NCBI GenBank assembly: GCA_965215275.1
Contig: OZ244044.1
Span: forward strand, 1,312,001-1,376,000
From: Thermodesulfobacteriota bacterium
GTDB lineage: Bacteria > Desulfobacterota_D > UBA1144 > Nemesobacterales > JAJCZQ01
Length of the DNA: 64,000 nt
Direction of reading: 5' to 3'
The notes under the pieces are model-generated. The model ran no database searches and was not told the DNA's origin. It worked only from the letters and a program-made list of their open reading frames with translations. This document shows positions 49,105-59,043 of this stretch, piece by piece (position 1 is the first letter of the stretch; every line of letters begins with the position of its first letter). A program made the translations under genes and the position numbers.

Positions 49105-51435
49105 CTATGTTTTTATCTGAGACCTTATTTTCCTTCTGATCACTGCCGACACGGGTATAAGTATCAGAGACGCCACTGCTCCGAGCAGATCAGAAAAAAT
49201 GTCGTTCTGATCGGAGATCGTACATCCTCCTCCACCGCCAGCTTCAGGATCTGGTGGGGGATTCACCACCCTGATCATGAAGTTCAGTTCAGCCATATCT
49301 CCATCTTCGTCTGTTACCGTATACGTGTAAGTACCAGACGATGCACTCGCAGGTGTCCCACTTATCTCTCGGGTGGCTGCGTCAAAATTCAATCCATCTG
49401 GTAAATCAGGTGTTAAACTATAAGTTAATGTTCCATTCCCTCTCGTCGCCGCAGGCAGTGTTTCTGTTACTGATATACCCTTCAGATACTTCTTATCATC
49501 TATCGTCTCACTGCTAAAGCTTGGCACTGTATCGCCCCTCATATGCCCATAAACTTTAATGCTCCATGAGTGTAAGGTCCCTGTATCTCCAGGATCAGTG
49601 TCAGATATCTTCAAAATCCATTCTCCAGCAGGGTCTTCTCCAAGGTGCTTGGCTGAACCAAAACGATGGGTTTGGTCCGTGTAACCAAGATCATTCTTAG
49701 TGAGTAAAGTGCCGGATATATATGATAACGCTCCTGTTACATGTTCCTCAGTAAACTCCGACACAGTACCATCAGGGGACGTTATTTGTATATTTAACTC
49801 TGGAAAAAAACCGTGAGTGAAATTGAGACTGACCTCAATGAATTTCGTAAAAAGATCATCAGTATCGGGTATGGTCAGGATGAAAGTAATTGTTCCGTCT
49901 ACTTCACCTACAGCGTCGGGGATCGCTGTATTAATATGACCCGAGGAAGCAGTCAGGGTTCTCATCTGTGCAACTCTGTTCCAACTTCCGGCAAGTTCTA
50001 CTGCAGCCTCGGCATCCACTACGCCAAAACCGTACTTTGGATTGTAATTATAACTGTCTGTATCAGAACCGTATTTAAGTGCTACTGTCTCCCAGCCCGG
50101 ATCGGTCGGGTCGTTCCTGCGGGCTGAAGCTGCCAGTATCAGCTTCAGGTCCCGCCAGCTCAGATCACCGTTTACCTCTCTCATCAGTGCTGCTACCCCT
50201 GAAACGATCGGAGCAGAAAATGACGTTCCGCTAAATCTGAAATTATAACGGTCTTTATTATCTGTCGTTGTAATAAGTGAACCTGGAGCACATACCCATA
50301 GATTTACTCCTTCTTCCGAAAAAGAACTCTTCTTTCCAAATCCATCCGTTGAACATACGGTAGTTACAGCGTAGTAGTTGGAAAGTTCTCCAAAATTAGC
50401 CTGAACGAAATCATCATGTCCGTTTCCAGCTGACCAGCTGTAAAAAATTCCTTTACCACCAAAACCTTCTCTGATACCTGTTTCCACTGCCATTTCCCAG
50501 GTTCTCTCAGCAGAGTGAAGACGAAGGTCTCTTGCTCCCCAGCTGTTGCTGGATACTGCAGTTATAGCTCGATTACGTGTCATAGCGTCTGCCCGGTTAG
50601 CGGAACTGTAATTATTTTGCTTTATCAAGTTATAATTATAGATACTTGCCTGAGGTGCTACTCCTCTTATGCCAATTCCATTATCACCCACTGCTGCTAT
50701 AACGCCCGCTACAAGTGTACCGTGATCACTTGAAGGATTAAATACATTACTGTTTCCGGAGTAATCATGATTCAGGCTGGGATTTACATTGGCGACCAGG
50801 TCCTCATGCAAGGGGTCCATACCACTGTCTACCACCGCCACGTTAATTCCTCTGCCGGATATTCCATCGTTCCACACTCCCTCTATGTTTATATCTTCTC
50901 CTTCTGTTATTCTCTGCCCTTTGACCTCCAACTGCCCTGTGTTTTTCAGATGCCACTGACAGCCGTATAAGGGATCATTAAAATTGGTAGTAACTTTCCC
51001 ACAATCGGATAACAGATCGTTGTAATCAGTATCTGTTGCAACTGAAAGCTGGTAACTGACAGCACCACTGCTTCCCACAACTATATAGTAAGTTCCAGGT
51101 CTGAGGCGAGCTGGGATATTATTAATACTATCTGCTATCTTAGTACTGCTTGCTATCAGATCATCGTTACCGTCACAAAGCTGTAAACTGTATACGAAGT
51201 TATCATTGGTGAAGGTTGTCTCTATGTTTACGTTAACTTCGGATGCTGTGTCTATCTGAAAATAATTCAGTCCACCGGCACTTTCAAAACTTCCATCGTG
51301 TGCCGCTCCGTCCACTGTCAGCGTGGCTTCAATCGTTGCACTGGGGTCACAATTATTATCACTGATCTGACCATATGCATTTATGGACATACAACATAGA
51401 AACAAGAAAAAGGGAATTATATACAGGAAGTTCAT
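49105..51435 (-). CDS. secreted kexin-like S8 protease paralogue 3 (intact catalytic residues)
   Basis: VAVVDSG, DHGTLVAG, WSAGNG, GTSFSAP; P-domain, Ig-like domain, GGGGGC-TM-RRK tail. Confidence 0.92.
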   Translation of the reverse strand: MNFLYIIPFFLFLCCMSINAYGQISDNNCDPSATIEATLTVDGAAHDGSFESAGGLNYFQIDTASEVNVNIETTFTNDNFVYSLQLCDGNDDLIASSTKIADSINNIPARLRPGTYYIVVGSSGAVSYQLSVATDTDYNDLLSDCGKVTTNFNDPLYGCQWHLKNTGQLEVKGQRITEGEDINIEGVWNDGISGRGINVAVVDSGMDPLHEDLVANVNPSLNHDYSGNSNVFNPSSDHGTLVAGVIAAVGDNGIGIRGVAPQASIYNYNLIKQNNYSSANRADAMTRNRAITAVSSNSWGARDLRLHSAERTWEMAVETGIREGFGGKGIFYSWSAGNGHDDFVQANFGELSNYYAVTTVCSTDGFGKKSSFSEEGVNLWVCAPGSLITTTDNKDRYNFRFSGTSFSAPIVSGVAALMREVNGDLSWRDLKLILAASARRNDPTDPGWETVALKYGSDTDSYNYNPKYGFGVVDAEAAVELAGSWNRVAQMRTLTASSGHINTAIPDAVGEVDGTITFILTIPDTDDLFTKFIEVSLNFTHGFFPELNIQITSPDGTVSEFTEEHVTGALSYISGTLLTKNDLGYTDQTHRFGSAKHLGEDPAGEWILKISDTDPGDTGTLHSWSIKVYGHMRGDTVPSFSSETIDDKKYLKGISVTETLPAATRGNGTLTYSLTPDLPDGLNFDAATREISGTPASASSGTYTYTVTDEDGDMAELNFMIRVVNPPPDPEAGGGGGCTISDQNDIFSDLLGAVASLILIPVSAVIRRKIRSQIKT

Positions 51436-51450
51436 CAGTGATCTTAATGG

Positions 51451-51575
51451 TGTTTTCTACGTGATCGGGGAAGTAAAACCTTGGATTAACGCGGTATTAA
51501 TACTTTTTATATTAGCTGAACGTCGCAAATGATTCTTTCACGTCCTGGTTATGTATGTAACTCCCTGAAATTTTA
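51451..51575 (-). repeat. inverted repeat arm B (upstream region of S8 paralogue 3)
   Basis: Homologous to 48691-48812 in the opposite orientation. Confidence 0.8.
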
Positions 51576-51668
51576 TTGGAACTTAAATCTCTGCTGCAAG
51601 TTCACTGTTATAATTCATGTTTTGTGACCTGATCTGAATGGATGAAAGTTCCAGAATTTACAGAGTAA

Positions 51669-52787
51669 TTATACTGGGCTTCTTTTCAGTTTCTTCTCTT
51701 TTTCAAATTTTTCAAAAGCTAATTCTATAAGTCTTTTTATAAGTTCTGGATATTTTATGCCCGAGGCTTCCCATAGCTTGGGATACATGCTTATGCTTGT
51801 AAAACCCGGGATGGTATTGATCTCACTGACGAATATTTCATTGATCGTTTCGTCCATAAGAAAATCAACTCTCCCCATTCCACTGCAGTTCAGCACTTTA
51901 AAAGCGTCAACTGCATATCTTCTCGTCTTATCGGCTAATTTCTGATGAATCTCGGCTGGGATTATCAGATCCGTGGTCGCGTCTTCATATTTTGCCGTAT
52001 AATCATAGAATTCCCTCTTTGAAATGATCTCTCCCGGACAGGAAGCGACGGGTTCGTCGTTGCCCAACACGCTGACCTCGAGTTCTCTGCAGTTGCCGAC
52101 GGCTTTCTCCACTATAATGCGGTTTGAAAATTTTCCTGAAAATTCAACTGCACGCTCTATATCTTTTGCGTCTTCACTGGAAACTTTAGTGATACCGATA
52201 CTTGAACCCAGGTCAGCCGACTTTACAAAGCAGGGTATTTTTATATCTCTTAGTATTTTGTCAATAATATTTTTTTTCTCGCTGCTCCTCCACTGGTTCA
52301 TGGTAAATCCCAGAAAATCAACTACCGGCAGACCATAGTCTCTCAGCAGCAGTTTCATCACTATCTTGTCCATACCGACCGATGATCCTATAACCGATGC
52401 TCCAACGTATGGTGCTCCCATTAACTCAAACAGTCCCTGAACCACACCGTCTTCGCCATAACTGCCGTGGAGAACGGGAAAGATCAGATCAACGCGGTGG
52501 GAGTTTACTATTCGGTTATCTTCGACCTCATAAAACGCTGGAGGTTGATCAACGGAAAGAGAAGGTACTAAACGTTTGTGAAAAATTTCTTCAGTGTCTT
52601 TGAGTTTATTTAAGTTGTTCAGATTTCCTCTGCACCATATCCCGGACCTGGTTATGTATATTGGAAAAATATCAAATTCCGATGGGTCGATATTAGCTAT
52701 AACGGATTCTGCGGACATCAGGGATATTTCGTGCTCAACGGAATTTCCGCCATATACGACCGCTACTATTTTTATTTCTTTATTCAA
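51669..52787 (-). CDS. ddl: D-alanine--D-alanine ligase
   Basis: GGNSVEHEISLMS, PVLHGSYGEDG, MDK, GSSIG, FYDYTAKY, EINTIPGFT. Confidence 0.97.
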   Translation of the reverse strand: MNKEIKIVAVVYGGNSVEHEISLMSAESVIANIDPSEFDIFPIYITRSGIWCRGNLNNLNKLKDTEEIFHKRLVPSLSVDQPPAFYEVEDNRIVNSHRVDLIFPVLHGSYGEDGVVQGLFELMGAPYVGASVIGSSVGMDKIVMKLLLRDYGLPVVDFLGFTMNQWRSSEKKNIIDKILRDIKIPCFVKSADLGSSIGITKVSSEDAKDIERAVEFSGKFSNRIIVEKAVGNCRELEVSVLGNDEPVASCPGEIISKREFYDYTAKYEDATTDLIIPAEIHQKLADKTRRYAVDAFKVLNCSGMGRVDFLMDETINEIFVSEINTIPGFTSISMYPKLWEASGIKYPELIKRLIELAFEKFEKEKKLKRSPV

Positions 52788-53188
52788 CTTTATACCCCTG
52801 TTCCTGAAAACGGATTAAAACTCAATTTTTCCGATCAGTTATATATAACTATACACTTTACTTGACGAATTCTTAATTTATGGTCCAAAAATGGGTTACT
52901 TCTCCATTATCGTGAAACGTCAGCCAAGTGCGTTTACATAGTATGAGGTCTTTATTACCCTTTGCATACTACGCTGTATAATAGAAAAACTTTAATATTA
53001 CTATTGTTATTGTTATTAAACTTGTGTAAAATGCCTTGAAAAAGTTAAAGTGGATAGTGGCTTTAAACAAAAGACAAAAAATATTGCTTTCTTCAGGGAG
53101 GGTTAATAAGGCATTTCCTTTTGTTAATCAGTAGTTGTTAATATTGTCACTCGACAGTTTTCCAGAAGTGTTTTAGATAGTTTGTCTG

Positions 53189-54925
53189 ATGGGCTACTTT
53201 CAAAATAATTTCAATTTTCACCGAGGCAACGTGCAGATGTTCGCAGTTATATCATTTTTAACTGTGGCGTTATGTGTTTTTGCCGGGTGCGTTAAAAACC
53301 CCGAAGTTGTCACGGCAGATGAATGGAATAGAGCTATAGATCAGGAACAGGAGACCGGAGTACTGCTCCCTGAAGTTCCGTTAATGATACCTGGACCACC
53401 GGATGAAGATCAGTATTCGGATTTCCAGCTTATATCGCTCTTCTATCCAGATGAGAACGCTTCCGCTCCTGACTATCTGGCACTGAACGGACTATTTGCT
53501 GAAGACGACCTGTATGCCGATAATGAAGCAGTTGCACGCTACCTGGACGTTTTTCAGACGAAACACAGAAGAAGTTTCGTGCAATGGCTGGACAGGTCCA
53601 AGTACTATATACCTGAAATAAAAAGGTTGCTGTCGGAGGAAGACGTACCGGAACTTCTTGCCTACCTGCCGCTGGTTGAGAGCGGTTTTGACCCGAACGC
53701 GGTTTCACATAAGCAGGCAGTTGGTCTCTGGCAGTTTATAAGGTCCACCGGAAAGATCTATGATCTTAAGGTTAATTTTTGGGTAGACGATAGAAGGAAT
53801 TATGAAAAAGCCACCATAGCCGCGGCAAGGTATCTGAAAAAACTTTATAAGGAATTCGATTCATGGGAACTTGCACTTGCTGCTTACAACTGTGGAGAGC
53901 GCAGGATCAGAAAGGGAATAAAGAAAACCAAGTCCAATGATTTCTGGGTTGTTTCAAAAACCCTTCCCAAGGAAACTAAAAATTACGTTCCGAAGTTCAT
54001 TGCGTCTCTCATAATAATCACCAATCTGGAAAAATACGGTTTTCAGGAAGTAATGTCTGATAACGACAGCCAGCTTGTAAAGGTTTCCGTGCCCCCGCAG
54101 AGAAACCTGAAGGATATAGCAAGGGCAGTTGGTTACAGTTATAAGAAGATCATATCGCACAATCCCTTTCTGACGAAAAAGGCGACACCTCCTGGCAGCC
54201 ATTCCTATATTTACGTTGAGCCTGCTCACGTGGACAAGTTTACAGAGAACGTTCAGAAAATAGCGAACCTGAGAAGAACTAACGTCAGAAGATCGGTCCA
54301 TGCAACGTATCACGTTAGAAAGGGTGATAATCTGTGGGAGATCGCAAAGAGATTTGGCGTGAGAGTTAACTCAATTAAAAGGACCAACAGACTTAAGTCC
54401 GATCTTCTGAGACCTGGTCAAAAACTGAGGATAGGAACCTCGCCCCATACGGTATATAAAGTAAGGAAAGGTGATAATCTGTGGGAGATCGCAAGGGAAT
54501 TTGGCGTGAGAGTTAACTCGATCAAGAGGACCAACAGGCTTAGATCTGACCTCTTAAAACCCGGACAGAGGCTGACTATAAAAAGATCAGCACCAAAACC
54601 CACTTATGCGTCTGCAAGAAGGCGGGACTATACTTTATACGTGGTCAAAAGAGGCGATACTATAGGAGAAATAGCACAGCAGTATGGCATCAGAGCGTCA
54701 CTTCTGAAGCGTTATAACGGACTGAGTTCCTCCATGATCAAAGTCAGACAGGTGCTGAAAATACCTAACAGGGGCCGTGGTGCTTTAAGCCATAATATTA
54801 AATACGGCGATACTCTTTCGGAAATCGCGGTCAAGTACAGAGTGTCAGTTAATGATATAAAGAAGTGGAACGGTCTGAGGACCAGTATACTGACCGCCGG
54901 AAAAAAACTCAGGATATACAGGTAA
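53189..54925 (+). CDS. mltD: membrane-bound lytic murein transglycosylase D-like lipoprotein with four LysM domains
   Basis: Lipobox FAGC; VESGF, GLWQF, AAYNCGE, PKETKNYVPKF; four LysM repeats. Confidence 0.9.
   Translation: MGYFQNNFNFHRGNVQMFAVISFLTVALCVFAGCVKNPEVVTADEWNRAIDQEQETGVLLPEVPLMIPGPPDEDQYSDFQLISLFYPDENASAPDYLALNGLFAEDDLYADNEAVARYLDVFQTKHRRSFVQWLDRSKYYIPEIKRLLSEEDVPELLAYLPLVESGFDPNAVSHKQAVGLWQFIRSTGKIYDLKVNFWVDDRRNYEKATIAAARYLKKLYKEFDSWELALAAYNCGERRIRKGIKKTKSNDFWVVSKTLPKETKNYVPKFIASLIIITNLEKYGFQEVMSDNDSQLVKVSVPPQRNLKDIARAVGYSYKKIISHNPFLTKKATPPGSHSYIYVEPAHVDKFTENVQKIANLRRTNVRRSVHATYHVRKGDNLWEIAKRFGVRVNSIKRTNRLKSDLLRPGQKLRIGTSPHTVYKVRKGDNLWEIAREFGVRVNSIKRTNRLRSDLLKPGQRLTIKRSAPKPTYASARRRDYTLYVVKRGDTIGEIAQQYGIRASLLKRYNGLSSSMIKVRQVLKIPNRGRGALSHNIKYGDTLSEIAVKYRVSVNDIKKWNGLRTSILTAGKKLRIYR
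54323..54570 (+). repeat. internal tandem duplication of the LysM coding unit (147-bp period)
   Basis: GGTGATAATCTGTGGGAGATCGCAA...TTTGGCGTGAGAGTTAACTC occurs at 54323 and 54470. Confidence 0.85.
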
Positions 54926-54954
54926 TTCCCTTTTCGTAAAATTTCAGCTTATTA

Positions 54955-55596
54955 ATGATCAGCACCCAGTCTCTTAAGTCGGCTTATCAATATAAGAAAG
55001 ACCCGATAAGAGAAAGAATAGCCGAGTTTGAAGATCTCCGCGACGTAACGGATAACAGGGTGATATTCCGGGAACTCGTTTTCTGCATCTTGACCGCCGG
55101 AACGAGCGCTGAGATGGGAATTAAGGTAGTTGAAGAAGTCGGGGAAGTGATATTTACCGGAAGTACATCAGAGATTAGGGATAAACTCAAGGGCATATAC
55201 CGATTTTACAATATCAGGTCTGACTACATAGTTCATACAAGGGAATACCTGACCTCCAATTACGACTTTAATATCAAAGAACTGCTGGATTCTTTTGCAA
55301 GCGTCGAGAGAAGGGACTTTTTTGCTTTAAACCGGAATATCAGGGGTATAGGGTTCAAGGAGGCAAGCCATTTTTTGAGAAATATAGGCTATAAGGGATA
55401 TGCGATATTGGATAAACACGTTGTTAATGCACTCTGTGACCTTGGGGTGATCGATCAGAAGAGGCCTCCATCAAACAGGAAAGGCTATCTTGAGATGGAA
55501 AGGAAATACAAAAGGTACGCGGAAGAAAACGGGTTTGATATAGATGAACTTGACCTGCTGATATGGAGTGAAAGGACCGGGAAAATACTGAAGTGA
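54955..55596 (+). CDS. ogg: 8-oxoguanine N-glycosylase/DNA lyase (OGG2 type)
   Basis: ELVFCILT, GIGFKEASHFLRNIG, AILDKHV, LDLLIW, C-terminal TGKILK. Confidence 0.92.
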   Translation: MISTQSLKSAYQYKKDPIRERIAEFEDLRDVTDNRVIFRELVFCILTAGTSAEMGIKVVEEVGEVIFTGSTSEIRDKLKGIYRFYNIRSDYIVHTREYLTSNYDFNIKELLDSFASVERRDFFALNRNIRGIGFKEASHFLRNIGYKGYAILDKHVVNALCDLGVIDQKRPPSNRKGYLEMERKYKRYAEENGFDIDELDLLIWSERTGKILK

Positions 55597-55602
55597 AGCC
55601 GC

Positions 55603-56256
55603 ATGAAAATCGACCCTGATATCATTAAGGAACTGAGGTCTTTATACAGAACGGTTAAGAGCGATATCGACGGCAGGCTTGATCAGTTCAGTTATATACA
55701 TCTGAGAGAGGACGATGAGGAGATATTCAGAGAACTTTGTTTCTGTATCCTCAGTTCCGGTGTCGGTCCGAAAATGGCGGAGAGATCGGTTGCTGCTTTA
55801 GGAGATAAGCTGTTAAGTGGTTCGGAAAGTGAATTAAAGGACCTGCTGGTCGGTACGCATAAATATCCGGATAAAGCATCGTATATCTACAGCACCAGGG
55901 AGTATCTGAAAGATAGTCTGGACCTCCGCCTGATCGCAAAGCTCAAATCTGCCGAAGACCCTGACCAGAGAAGGGATTTTATAGCAGATAACAAAAATAT
56001 CCGGGGCATGGGATACGTTCAGGCAAGCCATTTTTTAAGGAACGTAGGATTTTGCGGTTACGCCATCCTGGACAAGAACGTTCTTAGGTCACTGTATGAA
56101 CTTGGAGTAACGCAGGATATAAAACCACCTGCCTCCAGGGGGAGATATATGGAGAAGGAAAGCAGATTCAGAGAGTTTTCCAGCAAGGTTCAGATCAGTA
56201 TTGATAAGCTGGACCTGCTTCTGTGGTACCGCAGGACCAACAGGGTCCCGCGTTGA
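55603..56256 (+). CDS. OGG2-family paralogue with substituted active site
   Basis: ELCFCILS, GMGYVQASHFLRNVG, AILDKNV, LDLLLW, C-terminal TNRVPR. Confidence 0.85.
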   Translation: MKIDPDIIKELRSLYRTVKSDIDGRLDQFSYIHLREDDEEIFRELCFCILSSGVGPKMAERSVAALGDKLLSGSESELKDLLVGTHKYPDKASYIYSTREYLKDSLDLRLIAKLKSAEDPDQRRDFIADNKNIRGMGYVQASHFLRNVGFCGYAILDKNVLRSLYELGVTQDIKPPASRGRYMEKESRFREFSSKVQISIDKLDLLLWYRRTNRVPR

Positions 56257-56322
56257 TCCGTTCCTTGACAATAAACCCTGATAGTTCACCATTATCAGAT
56301 CTGTCTTTAAGAGATATCCATT

Positions 56323-57756
56323 ATGGAATATGAAGCAGTGATCGGATTGGAAATTCACGCCCAGCTTAAAACCAGATCCAAAATCTTTTCCTCTTCTTCG
56401 GCTGAATTCGGTTCACCTCCAAATTCACAGGTAAATCCCCTGTGTCTTGGAATGCCTGGAGTTCTGCCGGTCCTTAATGCCAAAGCCCTTGAACTTGCAG
56501 TTAAAGCCGCTTTGGCAACTAACTGTGAAATTCAGCTGACCTCGAGATTTGCAAGAAAGAACTATTTTTATCCGGACCTGCCCAAGGGATACCAGATATC
56601 CCAGTACGAAGAACCGTTTTCAGTAAACGGATTTCTGGACGTGGAGGTCGAAGGTGAAACAAAAAGAGTCCGCATAAGAAGAATTCATCTTGAAGAGGAC
56701 GCGGGAAAACTGATCCATGAGGATTCGCCCGTCAACAGCTTTCTGGACCTGAACAGAGCCGGTACACCTTTGATAGAGATAGTTACTGAACCCGATATCA
56801 GAAGTTCTGAGGAGGCCGTTTCCTATGTAAGACAGGTCAGGTCCATTATGAGATATATCGATGTGTGCGATGGGAACATGGAGCAGGGAAGTATGAGATG
56901 CGACGCCAACATCTCCGTAAAGCAGAAAGGTTCAGATAAGCTTGGAACAAAAACTGAGATCAAAAACCTTAACTCGTTCAGGTTTATTCAAAAAGCCATT
57001 GATTATGAGGCAAAGAGGCAGACTGAACTGATTGAAAGCGGGGAAGATATAATACAGGAAACAAGGCTTTTTGATCCTGATAAGGGAAAGACCTTTTCAA
57101 TGAGGACAAAAGAAGACGCTCATGACTACAGATACTTTCCAGACCCCGATTTGCCTCCCGTGGTGCTTGAAAAGAGCTGGGTTGAAAATTTAAGGAGATC
57201 TCTGCCGGAACTCCCGTCCCACAGACTGAAAAGATTTTTGTCTGATTATAAGCTTTCACTTAACGATGCAAAACTTCTTACCTCGAGCAAAGGACTTGCT
57301 GATTACTTTGAAAAGTGCCTTGAGAGTTTTGACGGACCAAAAGAGATAAGCCACTGGATAGTCACGGAAATGCTGAGGGAGATAGACCCTGAAGGCAGTA
57401 TTGATAAATACCCCGTTACTCCTGAAATGCTCGGAGAGCTTTTAAGCCTTGTTCAGGATGGGACGATCAACAGAAAGATAGCTAAAGAGATATTTCCTGA
57501 GATGATCGCCGGGAAAAAACGTGCAAAGGACCTGATAGAGCAGAAGGGAATTAAACAGATGTCCGATACATCTGAGATCGAAGCCGTTGTTCAGAAAGTA
57601 CTGGACGGCAGTCCTAAAGAGGTTGAGAGATACAGGTCCGGTGACGGTAAGCTTATGGGATTCTTTGTAGGTCAGGTTATGAAACTGACAAAAGGCAAGG
57701 CAAATCCCAGGCTGGTAAATGATGCTATAAGGAAGTTAATTCAGGATGATGCTTAA
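56323..57756 (+). CDS. gatB: Asp/Glu-tRNA amidotransferase subunit B
   Basis: IGLEIHAQL, RKNYFYPDLPKGYQISQ, EEDAGK, NRAGTPLIEIV, DYRYFPDPDL. Confidence 0.99.
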   Translation: MEYEAVIGLEIHAQLKTRSKIFSSSSAEFGSPPNSQVNPLCLGMPGVLPVLNAKALELAVKAALATNCEIQLTSRFARKNYFYPDLPKGYQISQYEEPFSVNGFLDVEVEGETKRVRIRRIHLEEDAGKLIHEDSPVNSFLDLNRAGTPLIEIVTEPDIRSSEEAVSYVRQVRSIMRYIDVCDGNMEQGSMRCDANISVKQKGSDKLGTKTEIKNLNSFRFIQKAIDYEAKRQTELIESGEDIIQETRLFDPDKGKTFSMRTKEDAHDYRYFPDPDLPPVVLEKSWVENLRRSLPELPSHRLKRFLSDYKLSLNDAKLLTSSKGLADYFEKCLESFDGPKEISHWIVTEMLREIDPEGSIDKYPVTPEMLGELLSLVQDGTINRKIAKEIFPEMIAGKKRAKDLIEQKGIKQMSDTSEIEAVVQKVLDGSPKEVERYRSGDGKLMGFFVGQVMKLTKGKANPRLVNDAIRKLIQDDA

Positions 57757-57803
57757 AAGGAGTTTGCAGCGTTTAAGTCAGAACTGTAACTTCAGTTCCT
57801 GCT

Positions 57804-57832
57804 TTGACACACAGGTGCTGCTTGTGTAATTT
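57804..57832 (+). promoter_or_regulatory. putative promoter for a leaderless carA mRNA
   Basis: TTGACA-N17-TAATTT, with the ATG 6 nt after the -10 box; no SD sequence. Confidence 0.5.
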
Positions 57833-57838
57833 CCGCCT

Positions 57839-58966
57839 ATGAAGAAAAGAGCAGTTTTAGCCATGGAAGACGGGGAGATCTTTGAAGGGTTCAGTTTTGG
57901 TTCTGAAGATGAGTCATCAGGTGAAGTGGTATTTAATACTTCCATGACCGGATATCAGGAAATAATCACCGACCCGTCCTATAATGGTCAGGTCGTGGTC
58001 ATGACCTATCCTGAAATTGGTAATTACGGGATCAATTCTGAAGACATGGAGTCGGCACGGCCGTTTATAAAAGGACTTGTGGTAAAGGAGTACTGGCCCG
58101 TACCGAGCAACTGGCGGTCCGAGGGATCGCTGAGCAGTTATATGAAAAAGCACAACGTGAGCGGGATTTACGGTATTGATACAAGAAAACTGACCAGAAG
58201 GATCAGAACAGAGGGAGCACAGAAAAGCATTATTTCCACAAAGGACTTCGATAAGGAAAGCCTGCTGAAAAAGGTCAGAAATTCACCAGATATCGTCGGA
58301 CAGGACCTGGTTACGGAAGTCAGCTGTAAAAGACCTTACGTGTGGACCGGTGATAAAAGTTCAGAACCCGTAGAAGGTGGAAGTGATGAAGTTCAAGCCA
58401 GGTACAAAGTGGCAGCTTATGATTTCGGTATAAAGACGAACATTGCAAGACAGCTGACCGCTCTTGGGTGTGAGCTTATGATCGTTCCTTCAAGGACCAG
58501 ACCTGAAGAAGTACTGGCAATGGACCCAGATGGAATATTTTTGTCAAATGGACCTGGTGACCCGCAAGGCGTGGAATACGCCGTGGAAAACGTTAAGGCT
58601 CTGATCGGAAGAAAACCCATGTTCGGAATATGTTTAGGCCATCAGATAATCGGGCTTGCGCTGGGTGGAAGGACTTATAAATTAAAGTTCGGACACAGAG
58701 GTGGAAATCAGCCCGTTAAAAATCTTGAGAACGGAAGGGTCGAAGTAACGGCTCAGAATCACAGCTTTGCAGTTGATCCCGACTCTCTGGATCAGAACGT
58801 TAAGATAACTCACATTAATCTCAATGATCAGACGGTAGAGGGATTAAAGGATAAAAACCTGTCGCTTATGTCCGTTCAGTATCATCCTGAATCCTCTCCC
58901 GGACCACATGACTCGTCCTACCTTTTTGATGACTTCGTGGATCTGATGAAAGCATCAAAACTCTGA
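57839..58966 (+). CDS. carA: carbamoyl-phosphate synthase small subunit
   Basis: [34 protein letters not shown]. Confidence 0.98.
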   Translation: MKKRAVLAMEDGEIFEGFSFGSEDESSGEVVFNTSMTGYQEIITDPSYNGQVVVMTYPEIGNYGINSEDMESARPFIKGLVVKEYWPVPSNWRSEGSLSSYMKKHNVSGIYGIDTRKLTRRIRTEGAQKSIISTKDFDKESLLKKVRNSPDIVGQDLVTEVSCKRPYVWTGDKSSEPVEGGSDEVQARYKVAAYDFGIKTNIARQLTALGCELMIVPSRTRPEEVLAMDPDGIFLSNGPGDPQGVEYAVENVKALIGRKPMFGICLGHQIIGLALGGRTYKLKFGHRGGNQPVKNLENGRVEVTAQNHSFAVDPDSLDQNVKITHINLNDQTVEGLKDKNLSLMSVQYHPESSPGPHDSSYLFDDFVDLMKASKL

Positions 58967-59043
58967 TTTGCAACTGTTTTGGTGTTTTTAAAGAAAGACC
59001 TGACCCTTTTCTGTTCTGGTTGGTCCGTAAAATTACCGACCAT

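Noticed and set aside
52800..53188. Riboswitch or ncRNA in the ddl-mltD intergenic region
   Set aside because: Some complementary segments (AATGCCTT/AAGGCATT) but no recognisable family consensus
54323..54570. 147-bp direct repeat as a mobile or regulatory repeat
   Set aside because: Explained by an in-frame LysM domain duplication in mltD
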